26,870 nucleotides of DNA. Source: a virus. Lineage: Duplodnaviria; Caudoviricetes. Of the stretch, positions 1 to 7,813 are shown piece after piece. The translations under genes were made by a program, and so were the position numbers. The notes beneath the pieces are model-generated. The model saw nothing but the letters and a program-made list of their open reading frames with translations. It ran no database searches and was not told where the DNA came from. Where the stretch lies: positions 1 to 26,870 of IMG/VR virus record IMGVR_UViG_3300030372_001376; one strand, written 5' to 3'. Position 1 is the stretch's first letter. Every line of letters begins with the position of its first letter.

Positions 1-52
1 TAAGGTGTTCAAATGCCTTCAAACGGTTTCCTGACAATCTAGGTCTACTCAT
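1..52 (-). CDS. 5' part (runs off window) of a probable calcineurin-like metallophosphoesterase, MSRPRLSGNRLKAFEHL...
   Basis: ATG at 52-50 just after a terminator; open to the window edge. Assignment to the phosphoesterase whose C-terminus lies at the other end is inference from recalled N-termini of such phage proteins. Confidence 0.5.
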   Translation of the reverse strand, partial: MSRPRLSGNRLKAFEHL

Positions 53-65
53 ACTATTGTAAATT

Positions 66-96
66 AAAAAAGGGGCAGCCGTAAAGCCACCCCTTC
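66..96 (-). terminator. Intrinsic terminator after the capsid/major tail genes
   Basis: Minus strand AAGGGGTGGC-TTTACG-GCTGCCCCTT followed by a T run. Confidence 0.85.
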
Positions 97-120
97 TTTA
101 TTATATTATCAACAAGTTTA

Positions 121-669
121 TTAAGCAGCTACTACCGCATTAGTTACATTGTCAAGAGGGTAGTTAGCGTCTCCAATAGTAGGAGGTGTCGCCTGATACC
201 ATACTGCTTTCTCTTTTCCTTGTAACTCGATATTATATCCAGTTAAATCGCCCATTGCCGTACCCGATTGTACTGAGCCTCCTGTAACATTCATTCCAAA
301 TTCTGCTCCTAGTAGCATAATTGCTCCGTCCTGAGTCTGCACCCAAATATTAGGTCGACCAGTACATAGGATTCTTATGTCGTCTATATCAGTAGAATCT
401 AACTTTTGGAAAACCAAAGATAAATTCTGCTCAAAGAACGTAGTTCCATTAGTAGGATTTGATTGAAGGTTAATAGTAAGGCTTGACGTTTCCGGACGCA
501 CATCAAACTGGTAAAAAGTTTGTGCTGCAATAGCACTCACTACACCACTACTCTCTGCGAAAGTTGCGCTGTTTACCATATCTTGGTAGTTGCCAATAAA
601 GACAGCAATTATTCCACCAATTCCGTCCTTACACGAGACGGTTCTTCCACTACTGAGGTCACAAGCCAT
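121..669 (-). CDS. Putative major tail (tube) protein
   Basis: 182 aa, beta-rich, directly after the capsid gene; MACDLSSGR..CKDGIGG start and TGTAMGD-like C-terminal motif (SGTAMGDLTGYNIEL) resemble Bacteroidota phage structural proteins. Confidence 0.65.
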   Translation of the reverse strand: MACDLSSGRTVSCKDGIGGIIAVFIGNYQDMVNSATFAESSGVVSAIAAQTFYQFDVRPETSSLTINLQSNPTNGTTFFEQNLSLVFQKLDSTDIDDIRILCTGRPNIWVQTQDGAIMLLGAEFGMNVTGGSVQSGTAMGDLTGYNIELQGKEKAVWYQATPPTIGDANYPLDNVTNAVVAA

Positions 670-695
670 TTTATTCTATTTTAGAGGTTAAACAA

Positions 696-1730
696 TTATG
701 CGAAAATTGCTGCAAATGCACCAACGATTGCGTCACCAGGCACACCGATTTGGCAACCTAGTCCGAAACGCATAGCAATCTTTACGTTGTCTGATCCGTC
801 GTACTGCCAAGCGTCAATGTATTGAGCCGTCGTGTAATCCGTGTTCAGGTTAGAACCTACTACTAGATTCTCTTCGTAAGTTAATAGCAAACAATCGTCA
901 GGGAATCCAGGACATACGTGAATTGGAATACCTAAGTATTGCAGAGTGTCAAACGCTTGGTTTGTAGACTGCATATTCACACCTTGATGCGCTCCTGAAA
1001 TAGCTAAAGCTGTCATATAGTTACCTGCTGTCTTTGGTGAACAGTAGTAAGCAAGGTCAGGACGATTAAGGATAGCAGGACATTGCGCTAAAGCGTTGTT
1101 ATATACTACGTGGAAAGCACCAGTAGCACCTAAGATAACACTAGCAGCAGCGTCAAATCCTGTAGCACCTACAATAGTTTCATTTGCAGCAGGCAAAGAA
1201 GCACCAATAATTGAAGCGTTGTAACCTGCGTTATCAAAAGTTCCGGAGTTAGAAAGGAAGCCACCTGCAAAAGTACCCGAAGATACCCAAATGTTATCCT
1301 CTACGCCTTGTGCTGCGTAACCTGCAACTGTAGCCATTGAGAAGTTTACAAACTCAGGTGAGCCTGCTGTCATAGTTTCTCTTGCTCCAGTCATTCCAGC
1401 CCACGTAGGTAGTAATGTCTTACGACATAGTGCCTCCATAACTGCAAGGTCTGTAAGAGTAAGAACTCTTTCGCCTAGTGTTAGTGAGTCGTTATCATTC
1501 CAGTCACAATTAGCTGCCTGGATAACGCCCGTAGAACTAAGGCTTGAAATTACGGCTTTGTTTTGTATGCCGTCGATTTGACGCACGAAGTTTTTAGTCA
1601 ACGTCGTTGCGAGTTTAAGAGCAGGAGCTACAAAAGGGGCTGCGTGTACTCCTGCATAAGTTGTAGCAGGTGTAACGGCAGGATTTGCAAACTCTCTACG
1701 CTTACGAGATAGTGAACGTGAATAGCTCAT
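696..1730 (-). CDS. Major capsid protein
   Basis: 344 aa after scaffold; N-terminal TTYAG..A motif and C-terminal DGSDNVKIAMRFGLGCQIG motif typical of Bacteroidota phage capsids. Confidence 0.8.
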   Translation of the reverse strand: MSYSRSLSRKRREFANPAVTPATTYAGVHAAPFVAPALKLATTLTKNFVRQIDGIQNKAVISSLSSTGVIQAANCDWNDNDSLTLGERVLTLTDLAVMEALCRKTLLPTWAGMTGARETMTAGSPEFVNFSMATVAGYAAQGVEDNIWVSSGTFAGGFLSNSGTFDNAGYNASIIGASLPAANETIVGATGFDAAASVILGATGAFHVVYNNALAQCPAILNRPDLAYYCSPKTAGNYMTALAISGAHQGVNMQSTNQAFDTLQYLGIPIHVCPGFPDDCLLLTYEENLVVGSNLNTDYTTAQYIDAWQYDGSDNVKIAMRFGLGCQIGVPGDAIVGAFAAIFA

Positions 1731-2218
1731 TACTTATTAAGGTTTTTATTTATCATATTAAAAGCCTGCGCTGTAGCTTTACCCATTTGAGTATTGCTTT
1801 CCTCAGATACCTCACCAAATGGTGCGTTTCTAAGTGGCTTGGTTGCAGGCGACTGACCAAACTCTCTAAGCTGCTTACGCAACTCAATATTCTGACGACG
1901 TAGGCGTGCAATCTTACGACCTTCACGACCTTCAGATTTGAAGCCTCTACGACCTCTGCGTCTACGCCTCTGACGAGACGCTTCTACTTTTACTTCTTCT
2001 TTCACTTCTTCTTTTTCCTCCACAACTTCACCTTCACTAGCGTCGATTAAATCCATAGCCATTTGGTGTACTGCTTCAGCTTGTTCAGCAGATAACCCCA
2101 TATCTACTAAAAGATTAATAAATGCTTCGTGAGAGTCGGGGGTAGACTCTTCTTTTACTTCGGTAGTTTCTTCGACTTTTTCTTCTACTACTTTTTCTTC
2201 GAACTTATACTTGCTCAT
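1730..2218 (-). CDS. Putative scaffolding protein (acidic N-half, poly-Arg segment, coiled coil)
   Basis: Glu/Lys-rich, heptad segment ..LRRQNIELRKQLREF, then PATKPL..P linker; TAATG-coupled to the capsid gene. Confidence 0.65.
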   Translation of the reverse strand: MSKYKFEEKVVEEKVEETTEVKEESTPDSHEAFINLLVDMGLSAEQAEAVHQMAMDLIDASEGEVVEEKEEVKEEVKVEASRQRRRRRGRRGFKSEGREGRKIARLRRQNIELRKQLREFGQSPATKPLRNAPFGEVSEESNTQMGKATAQAFNMINKNLNK

Positions 2219-2233
2219 ACTTATATATATAAG
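2216..2233 (-). promoter_or_regulatory. Candidate late promoter/initiation motif CTTATATATATAAGTATG
   Basis: 17/18 identical to the sequence at 26596-26613; both end in the ATG of the first gene of a structural block. Confidence 0.6.
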
Positions 2234-2254
2234 GGCGTTTATTTAGCCCAATGG

Positions 2255-2515
2255 TTAATAGCCAAATTCGGCTTCATCAATAATTTCATAAAATAAATCC
2301 TTGTCTAAGGCACGGATCAAAGGGGGTGCTGAACGCTCAAACAATAAGCGTAACCTATCGTAGTCTTCGTCAAAAATAGCGTCCTCCATTTGACCTACAG
2401 CAGCTAAGAATCTAGTGTCATAGTCGTAATCAAACGCAAACTCTTCTAGCATAACCATTAACTCTTCCTGAGCTGAGTTAGTCCATACGTCCCATATTCT
2501 TCTTATTAAGCTCAC
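2255..2515 (-). CDS. Small acidic helical protein (86 aa), candidate DNA mimic/anti-defence
   Basis: D/E- and aromatic-rich, no Cys; GTG start overlapping the upstream TAG; in the ArdA cassette. Confidence 0.6.
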   Translation of the reverse strand: MSLIRRIWDVWTNSAQEELMVMLEEFAFDYDYDTRFLAAVGQMEDAIFDEDYDRLRLLFERSAPPLIRALDKDLFYEIIDEAEFGY

Positions 2516-2736
2516 TATACCTCTCTTACGTCGCCTCTGCCAAACTCGTCTTCGAGTATTGTAAGTAGCTCGTCAAATTCAAAATCGTCTACGTTTTTAG
2601 TGCGTAGCAAAAAATACCTTTCGTCGTATGCGTAGTCTATTCGGTCTACCATATAGTAAACGTACATATCTTCTAAAAAACGCTCCGTATTTAAGAAACC
2701 CAAATTGCTGGGAAACTCTATATATCTTTCCTTCAT
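2515..2736 (-). CDS. Small acidic protein (73 aa), possible distant member of the ~70-aa family
   Basis: Acidic; FLEDMY and ELLTILEDEFG segments resemble the paralogues at 3718-5683. Confidence 0.6.
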   Translation of the reverse strand: MKERYIEFPSNLGFLNTERFLEDMYVYYMVDRIDYAYDERYFLLRTKNVDDFEFDELLTILEDEFGRGDVREV

Positions 2737-2756
2737 ATTCTTTTATATTTTTTTTA

Positions 2757-3461
2757 TCAATAAGGTCTAAAAATGTGTCCGTCAATTTCGTAGTAACCCT
2801 CGTACTCTAAATCTCTAGCTAGTCTTTTGTAGTCTAAGTAATTAGAAATAAAATCAATTCCTAAATCTGTTACGTCGCCGAAACCCTCAATATACCATTC
2901 TGCAAAATCCTCGTCTCGTCCGTCTAGTAAATCTTCAGCTTCAGATATGTCTAAGCCCCAATCTTCAACTAGCTCTTCTATACGAAAGTCATACTTTATC
3001 TCTCTACCAAAACTTTCGTAGTCAAATAAAGCTGCGTAGTAGTCCTCGTTTAGTAGTTCTTCGTCTACTAGATAGTGAGCAAATTCTTCAAAATTTCTAT
3101 GCTCACCTTCATACGCATTCTCCATTACTTCTTCTAGTTGCTCAATACCCCAACCGTGTGCTACAAGCTCAAACATAGTCTCAGGCTTTAGTCCGTATTC
3201 CTTAGCTAAGTCAAATAAGTTATTGTAAGCGTCCCATACGTTCTTATCGTCGTACATTCCAAACGCTGCTTGTTGGTCTAGGTAGTCCCAATCTACAATA
3301 TCGTAATCTTGGTCTTTGTTACTGTACTCAATCCAATGCTCATCAAAAGCATCTACGTATTCGCTATGCGACCTATAAGACAAAGGCTCAAAGTCTACGT
3401 CTACGCTTTTTCCGTCATATAGGTAAAACCTTACCCATACTTGTATATCGTTTCTATCCAT
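2757..3461 (-). CDS. ardA: ArdA-family antirestriction protein (DNA mimic)
   Basis: Very acidic; YDIVDWD motif, AYEGEH..FEEFAHYLVDE, and ArdA C-terminal signatures LFDYESFGREI and YLDYKRLARDL..GYYEIDGHIFR. Confidence 0.85.
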   Translation of the reverse strand: MDRNDIQVWVRFYLYDGKSVDVDFEPLSYRSHSEYVDAFDEHWIEYSNKDQDYDIVDWDYLDQQAAFGMYDDKNVWDAYNNLFDLAKEYGLKPETMFELVAHGWGIEQLEEVMENAYEGEHRNFEEFAHYLVDEELLNEDYYAALFDYESFGREIKYDFRIEELVEDWGLDISEAEDLLDGRDEDFAEWYIEGFGDVTDLGIDFISNYLDYKRLARDLEYEGYYEIDGHIFRPY

Positions 3462-3721
3462 TAGATATTTGTTATTATTTCGTCAATTAAATCGGTTTCT
3501 AACCCTCGTCCGTATTCTCTTTCGGCAAGTGTATAGGCAATGTCAAGTTGAGCAATAGCCCCTCCTGAGTCACCCTCATAAAGAAGGTCACTAGCAAGAG
3601 TCATTACGTCCATTATTTTAGCTGAAGGCATAGACGTAAACTCGTCAAGGAATACACCCATAATAACCTCCGACAAGTCGTCGTAGCGTAGGTAGTCTTC
3701 TATGATTCTTTGTGCGCTCAT
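3461..3721 (-). CDS. Small acidic helical protein (86 aa)
   Basis: Acidic, amphipathic helices; ATGA and TAATG coupled to neighbours. Confidence 0.6.
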   Translation of the reverse strand: MSAQRIIEDYLRYDDLSEVIMGVFLDEFTSMPSAKIMDVMTLASDLLYEGDSGGAIAQLDIAYTLAEREYGRGLETDLIDEIITNI

Positions 3722-3933
3722 ATCTCTATATATTCAAAATCATAATTGTACGCATATAGCGCATCGTAAATCTCTCTAAGTTCTGATTCCATAAAACCAA
3801 ACGTATAGTAAATATCGACTACCACATCGTTACCATCTTGGTAAATGTCGAAGTCTAAACTGCTGTCAGCAATAAGACTTTCAATTCTATCTACCCTTGC
3901 TGTGTAAACTATTATTTGACCTTCTAGTCTCAT
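3718..3933 (-). CDS. Acidic ~70-aa paralogue family member
   Basis: IIVY...DVVV...IYDAL..YNYD pattern; 16 D/E vs 4 K/R. Confidence 0.65.
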   Translation of the reverse strand: MRLEGQIIVYTARVDRIESLIADSSLDFDIYQDGNDVVVDIYYTFGFMESELREIYDALYAYNYDFEYIEI

Positions 3934-4148
3934 TATCCTAAATAATCATATAACATATTTACACTATCCATAGCAAATTCCAAGTCTACTGAAGTGTCAT
4001 AATCATTAGTCTTTATAATTACTTCACCTAACTCGTCTCCTTCTTCTAATTTTATATTGCGAAAAATATCTCCAGGGTTTCTAAAGTAGTCTTCTATAAA
4101 GTCTACGACTTCTTCTAAGTAAACTTGATATACTATTAAATTATACAT
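3933..4148 (-). CDS. Acidic ~70-aa paralogue family member
   Basis: MYNLIVY...FIEDYF...GEVII...DLEFAM; 17 D/E vs 4 K/R. Confidence 0.7.
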   Translation of the reverse strand: MYNLIVYQVYLEEVVDFIEDYFRNPGDIFRNIKLEEGDELGEVIIKTNDYDTSVDLEFAMDSVNMLYDYLG

Positions 4149-4154
4149 TTTATT

Positions 4155-4373
4155 TTATCTTAAATTATGTTCTGCATCAAAACCACCATCTTCTAGTGCG
4201 TCTAAAAACATATCAATTTCTTGACCTGACAACCCTCCTATGATTACGTCATAACCATCGTATTGAATTCTGTCTAAAGAATTATCTCTCGGCAAATCGT
4301 AATCAAAATATTCTAATAAAAAACCTTCTACATTTCTAAGGTCTGCGTCATATACTATTATTTCGTCCCACAT
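4155..4373 (-). CDS. Acidic ~70-aa paralogue family member
   Basis: EIIVYD...FLLEYF...DVII...LDALEDGGFDA; 19 D/E vs 4 K/R. Confidence 0.7.
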   Translation of the reverse strand: MWDEIIVYDADLRNVEGFLLEYFDYDLPRDNSLDRIQYDGYDVIIGGLSGQEIDMFLDALEDGGFDAEHNLR

Positions 4374-4374
4374 T

Positions 4375-5460
4375 TTAATTTCCGTATTTAGCTTTTATTG
4401 AACCGCAAATCTTTTCTGCTGTTTCCTTGTTGCCGTAGCGTTTCATTTGATCCGCTATACATTCGTCCCAGGGGTAAGAGGCAAGCTCTACGTATTCGTC
4501 CTCTAAGTTAGCAAAATTATGGTAATTACCAAACATTTGCTTAAATCTAACTTTTAATAAGGCTCTATAGTATTGTACTTTCATATCGTTTAATTCTGTT
4601 TTTTCTTCTACAACCTCCTCAGTTTTCTCTTCAATTTTCTCTTCTACCTCTTCTACCTCTCCGTCGTATTCTATAAGAACACCCTCAAATACTTCTAACT
4701 CAACACCCCCTTCAGTTTTGTACTTGCCGTTATCAATTTCAATAGGTAGCCCTTCGTCGTCAAGGGTAAATACTGTAGCACCTGCTGATAGACTTTCACC
4801 TTCAGTAGCTAGTACCATTCCGTTTTCTAAGTTTACCTCTGCGTAGAAGTTACGCTTAATAGAGTGCCACATTCTTTTTACTATACTTTTCATATCTGAC
4901 TTTTTTACTTTAGTAGACATTTCTTCTACCGAGTCTAAAAAATAACCCTCTATAGAAAACCCTCGTATCTCACCGTCTTTTACGGCTTGCCACATTTCGT
5001 CATTAGCAACGTGAACACGTACAGCCCAAGTACCTTCAGGCACACTAAGTCCGTAGTGCTTAGTTTTATCCATATCAGGATTTTCAACTATCCACGATTC
5101 AACCACGCTTACACCATCTACTTTGTCCTGGTGTTCAAACGTATGCTCGTTAGTTCGGTTAGACTTTAGGAATAACTCTGAAGCTAGTTTAACAGTTTCC
5201 TTAGAAAAATAAACGTCATACTCTTCGTCGCTTAGTTCGTCATAACGAGGTATATGTTTATCAGGGATCAAAGCTGCACCAATTAGTGTGCGCTTCTCTT
5301 CGTCGATAGCTGCTAGACTTAAAGCCTTTTGTTTTTTGTCTTTAGAAAAGAATACAAAGTTTTCCTCTATAGCAGGAAACTTTACAAGGCTTATAGCCTC
5401 AACGCCAAAAGCGTCTCCGTCCTCTTCTATAAGTAGTTCTACTAATTTTCTGTTAGCCAT
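4375..5460 (-). CDS. Prohead serine protease (XkdF-like) with C-terminal scaffold-like extension
   Basis: AISLVKFPAIEENF, LIGAALIPDKHIPR, TFEH, VVESWIVE, GTW, GEIRGFSIEG motifs. Confidence 0.85.
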   Translation of the reverse strand: MANRKLVELLIEEDGDAFGVEAISLVKFPAIEENFVFFSKDKKQKALSLAAIDEEKRTLIGAALIPDKHIPRYDELSDEEYDVYFSKETVKLASELFLKSNRTNEHTFEHQDKVDGVSVVESWIVENPDMDKTKHYGLSVPEGTWAVRVHVANDEMWQAVKDGEIRGFSIEGYFLDSVEEMSTKVKKSDMKSIVKRMWHSIKRNFYAEVNLENGMVLATEGESLSAGATVFTLDDEGLPIEIDNGKYKTEGGVELEVFEGVLIEYDGEVEEVEEKIEEKTEEVVEEKTELNDMKVQYYRALLKVRFKQMFGNYHNFANLEDEYVELASYPWDECIADQMKRYGNKETAEKICGSIKAKYGN

Positions 5461-5470
5461 TTAAGTTGTT

Positions 5471-5683
5471 TTAGTATAATTCGTCTGCGTCAAAACCTTC
5501 GCTTCTAAGAGCAAATAGTAAATCCTCTTGAGTCTCAAAATCTTCAAGGGATATAATTACATCACCATAAACATCGGTATCAACACCCCTAATCTTATTA
5601 AAGCTAGATTGGTGTTCAAAGTAGTCTTCAAGGAAATATTCTATCTCATCTACGTCTGTGTCAAAAACTATTAAATCATACAT
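5471..5683 (-). CDS. Acidic ~70-aa paralogue family member
   Basis: MYDLIVFD...FLEDYF...GDVII...DLLFALRSEGFDA; 21 D/E vs 3 K/R. Confidence 0.7.
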   Translation of the reverse strand: MYDLIVFDTDVDEIEYFLEDYFEHQSSFNKIRGVDTDVYGDVIISLEDFETQEDLLFALRSEGFDADELY

Positions 5684-5696
5684 TTTATATTGCTTT

Positions 5697-5713
5697 ATAC
5701 TAATCTATATATA
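5697..5713 (-). promoter_or_regulatory. Third copy of the candidate late motif (TATATATAGATTAGTAT)
   Basis: ATATAGATTAGTAT matches ATATATATTAGTAT at 13/14; lies in the gap upstream of the protease/acidic-protein operon. Confidence 0.45.
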
Positions 5714-5718
5714 CCTGT

Positions 5719-7644
5719 TTATCCAGGATTAAGTGAAGATTGTTGGTACATATTGTTGGCTTGCATATTAGCACCCTCTAACTCGCTTTGTACGACAAAG
5801 GCTTGGTTGTTACCCTCTTCAGGTGAGTCGAGTCTAGCTACTCCTGTAGGCACTAAAGCCTGTACGTTAGAACGACCACCACCACCACCTCCGACGTTAC
5901 CACCCCCTCCGTCAGTAGCTTCGTTAAGGATAGCCTTAACTCCAACAAACGCACCTAATACGGCAGCCGTAGACGCTACGATACCTGCAATCATATCCCA
6001 CACAGTTGCGCTCGATTGCGTTGCTGTTTTGATACCATTAGCTAACGCAACAGCTTGTGCAAGCAATACCCCTGTTATAGCAAAGCCTTTTGCAGCTTTT
6101 TCATTATCTCCTGCGAGAGCCTCCATAGTGCCAAATAGATTCTGCGTAGCACTAATTACAGCCTTAGCTCCTGCCTCTCTAATTTTAGTCTCTTTATCTA
6201 CTCCATCTTTTACTATTTCATTCCTTTCGTCTTCGCCTTTCTTTTTTATTTCAGTAAGTTCGAGTTCGTACTGATCCTCTACCATTTTGATAAGCTCTTG
6301 GTTTTCACCTGCCTGAGCTATACGCCTGTCAAACTCTTGCTGCGCCCTCAATTCCTCTTTAGCCTGCTTATCAAAGCTCAGCATCATTTCCTCTTCATAC
6401 TTTAACTGCTCTTCAGTAAGCTCCCTATCCCTTCCGTTAGTACGGATCATAAATAGCTCGTCCTCTAACGCTTGCTCGTCAGCTAATGCCTGTTGCCTGT
6501 CGGCTTCGTCTTCCTCTTTTTGTCTGTCGGTGTAACTCTTATTGAGTGCTTCACGCTCTAATTGGTATGCTTCGTCAATTTTAAGAAGTTGCTCGGCTGT
6601 TGCGCCTGCTAGAGTCGCTTTTATTTTTTGCTCACTATGACGTAGCTCTAAAACCTTTAACTGTCTTTCCTGCTCGTCCTCAATACCTGCAAGTAATATC
6701 TCTTCGCTCAGAGTCTTTTCTAAGTCAGCAAGATATTTAGCGTTAGCCTCTGCTTGTTTTTGAGATTTAAGCTTTTCAGCAGCAGCTTCTTTTTCGGCTT
6801 TATCCCTGTCTTCTACAGAGGTTTTTACTGCTCCTACGGTTCTATTGTATTGCTCTGTTGCATAGGTTAATTGCTCTAATGCTCTAGCAGATTTCTCTTC
6901 AGCTTGGGCTTGCTCCTTTTTTAATCTTGCCACCGTTTCGGCATCCTTGTTGCCAGATTTCCACAGGTGGGCTCTTAATGTCTCGTTAGCTATCGCTTGC
7001 GCTTGCAATTTTCCCTCAAGTGCAATCTCTGCTTCTCGTAAAGCTATAGTTCTTTTTTGCCCCTCTCTTGCTTGCTCTAGCTGTGTCTCCATATCTGCTT
7101 CACGGTCTATAGCACCGTCAAGAGTTTCGTTTAACATATCTAAAGCTATTTGACGCTGTTTACTTGAAGCGTATTGGTCGTCGAGAATACTTAAATATGC
7201 TGTCTGACGGTTGATTAGTTCGTCAGTTACTTCACGTGCTTGCCTGTTCGCATCTGCTGTTACTTTAGCTTGCTCTTCTAAAGACTTATTTGTTAGACCT
7301 ATTGATTCTGATAAAACGTCCCAATTTTCTATAAGAAGTTCAACAGCTATTATAATCAAACCAATACCAACGGACGCCCACGCAGCTTTCAAACCCTTAA
7401 ATGACTTTGACACCCTGCCTATTGACCTTTGGGTAGACTTAAAAGACCTAATAGTCTTTTGCATACCTCTAGGCAATAGTCCTGTAAATAAATCTGCTAC
7501 GCCGCCCCAATTCTTAGAAGTTTTTTTGCCTGCCTTCTGCATAGTCTTAGCCGCTTTATCTACTGACTTCTCTACCTCTACAAGTCCTGCTTCAGTATTG
7601 TTGACGATATCTACCGTCATATCTAATTTAGCGTTTTTTGCCAT
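5719..7644 (-). CDS. Tail tape measure protein
   Basis: 641 aa, long Ala/Glu/Lys helical region, hydrophobic segments near both ends, Gly run and QAFVVQSEL C-terminus; follows tail genes. Confidence 0.75.
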   Translation of the reverse strand: MAKNAKLDMTVDIVNNTEAGLVEVEKSVDKAAKTMQKAGKKTSKNWGGVADLFTGLLPRGMQKTIRSFKSTQRSIGRVSKSFKGLKAAWASVGIGLIIIAVELLIENWDVLSESIGLTNKSLEEQAKVTADANRQAREVTDELINRQTAYLSILDDQYASSKQRQIALDMLNETLDGAIDREADMETQLEQAREGQKRTIALREAEIALEGKLQAQAIANETLRAHLWKSGNKDAETVARLKKEQAQAEEKSARALEQLTYATEQYNRTVGAVKTSVEDRDKAEKEAAAEKLKSQKQAEANAKYLADLEKTLSEEILLAGIEDEQERQLKVLELRHSEQKIKATLAGATAEQLLKIDEAYQLEREALNKSYTDRQKEEDEADRQQALADEQALEDELFMIRTNGRDRELTEEQLKYEEEMMLSFDKQAKEELRAQQEFDRRIAQAGENQELIKMVEDQYELELTEIKKKGEDERNEIVKDGVDKETKIREAGAKAVISATQNLFGTMEALAGDNEKAAKGFAITGVLLAQAVALANGIKTATQSSATVWDMIAGIVASTAAVLGAFVGVKAILNEATDGGGGNVGGGGGGRSNVQALVPTGVARLDSPEEGNNQAFVVQSELEGANMQANNMYQQSSLNPG

Positions 7645-7813
7645 TGTCTTTAATCAGTTTAAGTTTAGCCCAAATACTTGTATTAGCGTCATATCTTCCG
7701 TACCACGTTTTATACAAGGCATCTTTACTATACATATAAGACCGTCCGACTACTATTGCGCTAGGCAATCCATATCCTATTCTGTTTATCCAGTTATCCA
7801 TTACAAGTTCCAA
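7628..7813 (-). CDS. Hypothetical protein (about 57-61 aa)
   Basis: Fills the gap between the tail protein and tape measure with coupled overlaps. Confidence 0.5.
   Translation of the reverse strand: MELVMDNWINRIGYGLPSAIVVGRSYMYSKDALYKTWYGRYDANTSIWAKLKLIKDNGKKR

Noticed and set aside
2597-2785. 62-aa alternative-frame minus ORF
   Set aside because: Overlaps two acidic cassette genes; basic composition typical of an off-frame reading
4148-4157. In-frame TAA AAT AAA ATG junction suggesting stop readthrough or an alternative genetic code
   Set aside because: Other cassette junctions are out of frame, and long genes are intact under the standard code
5690-6274. 194-aa plus-strand ORF with poly-Pro
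   Set aside because: Antisense shadow of the tape measure; poly-Pro is the reverse complement of its Gly run
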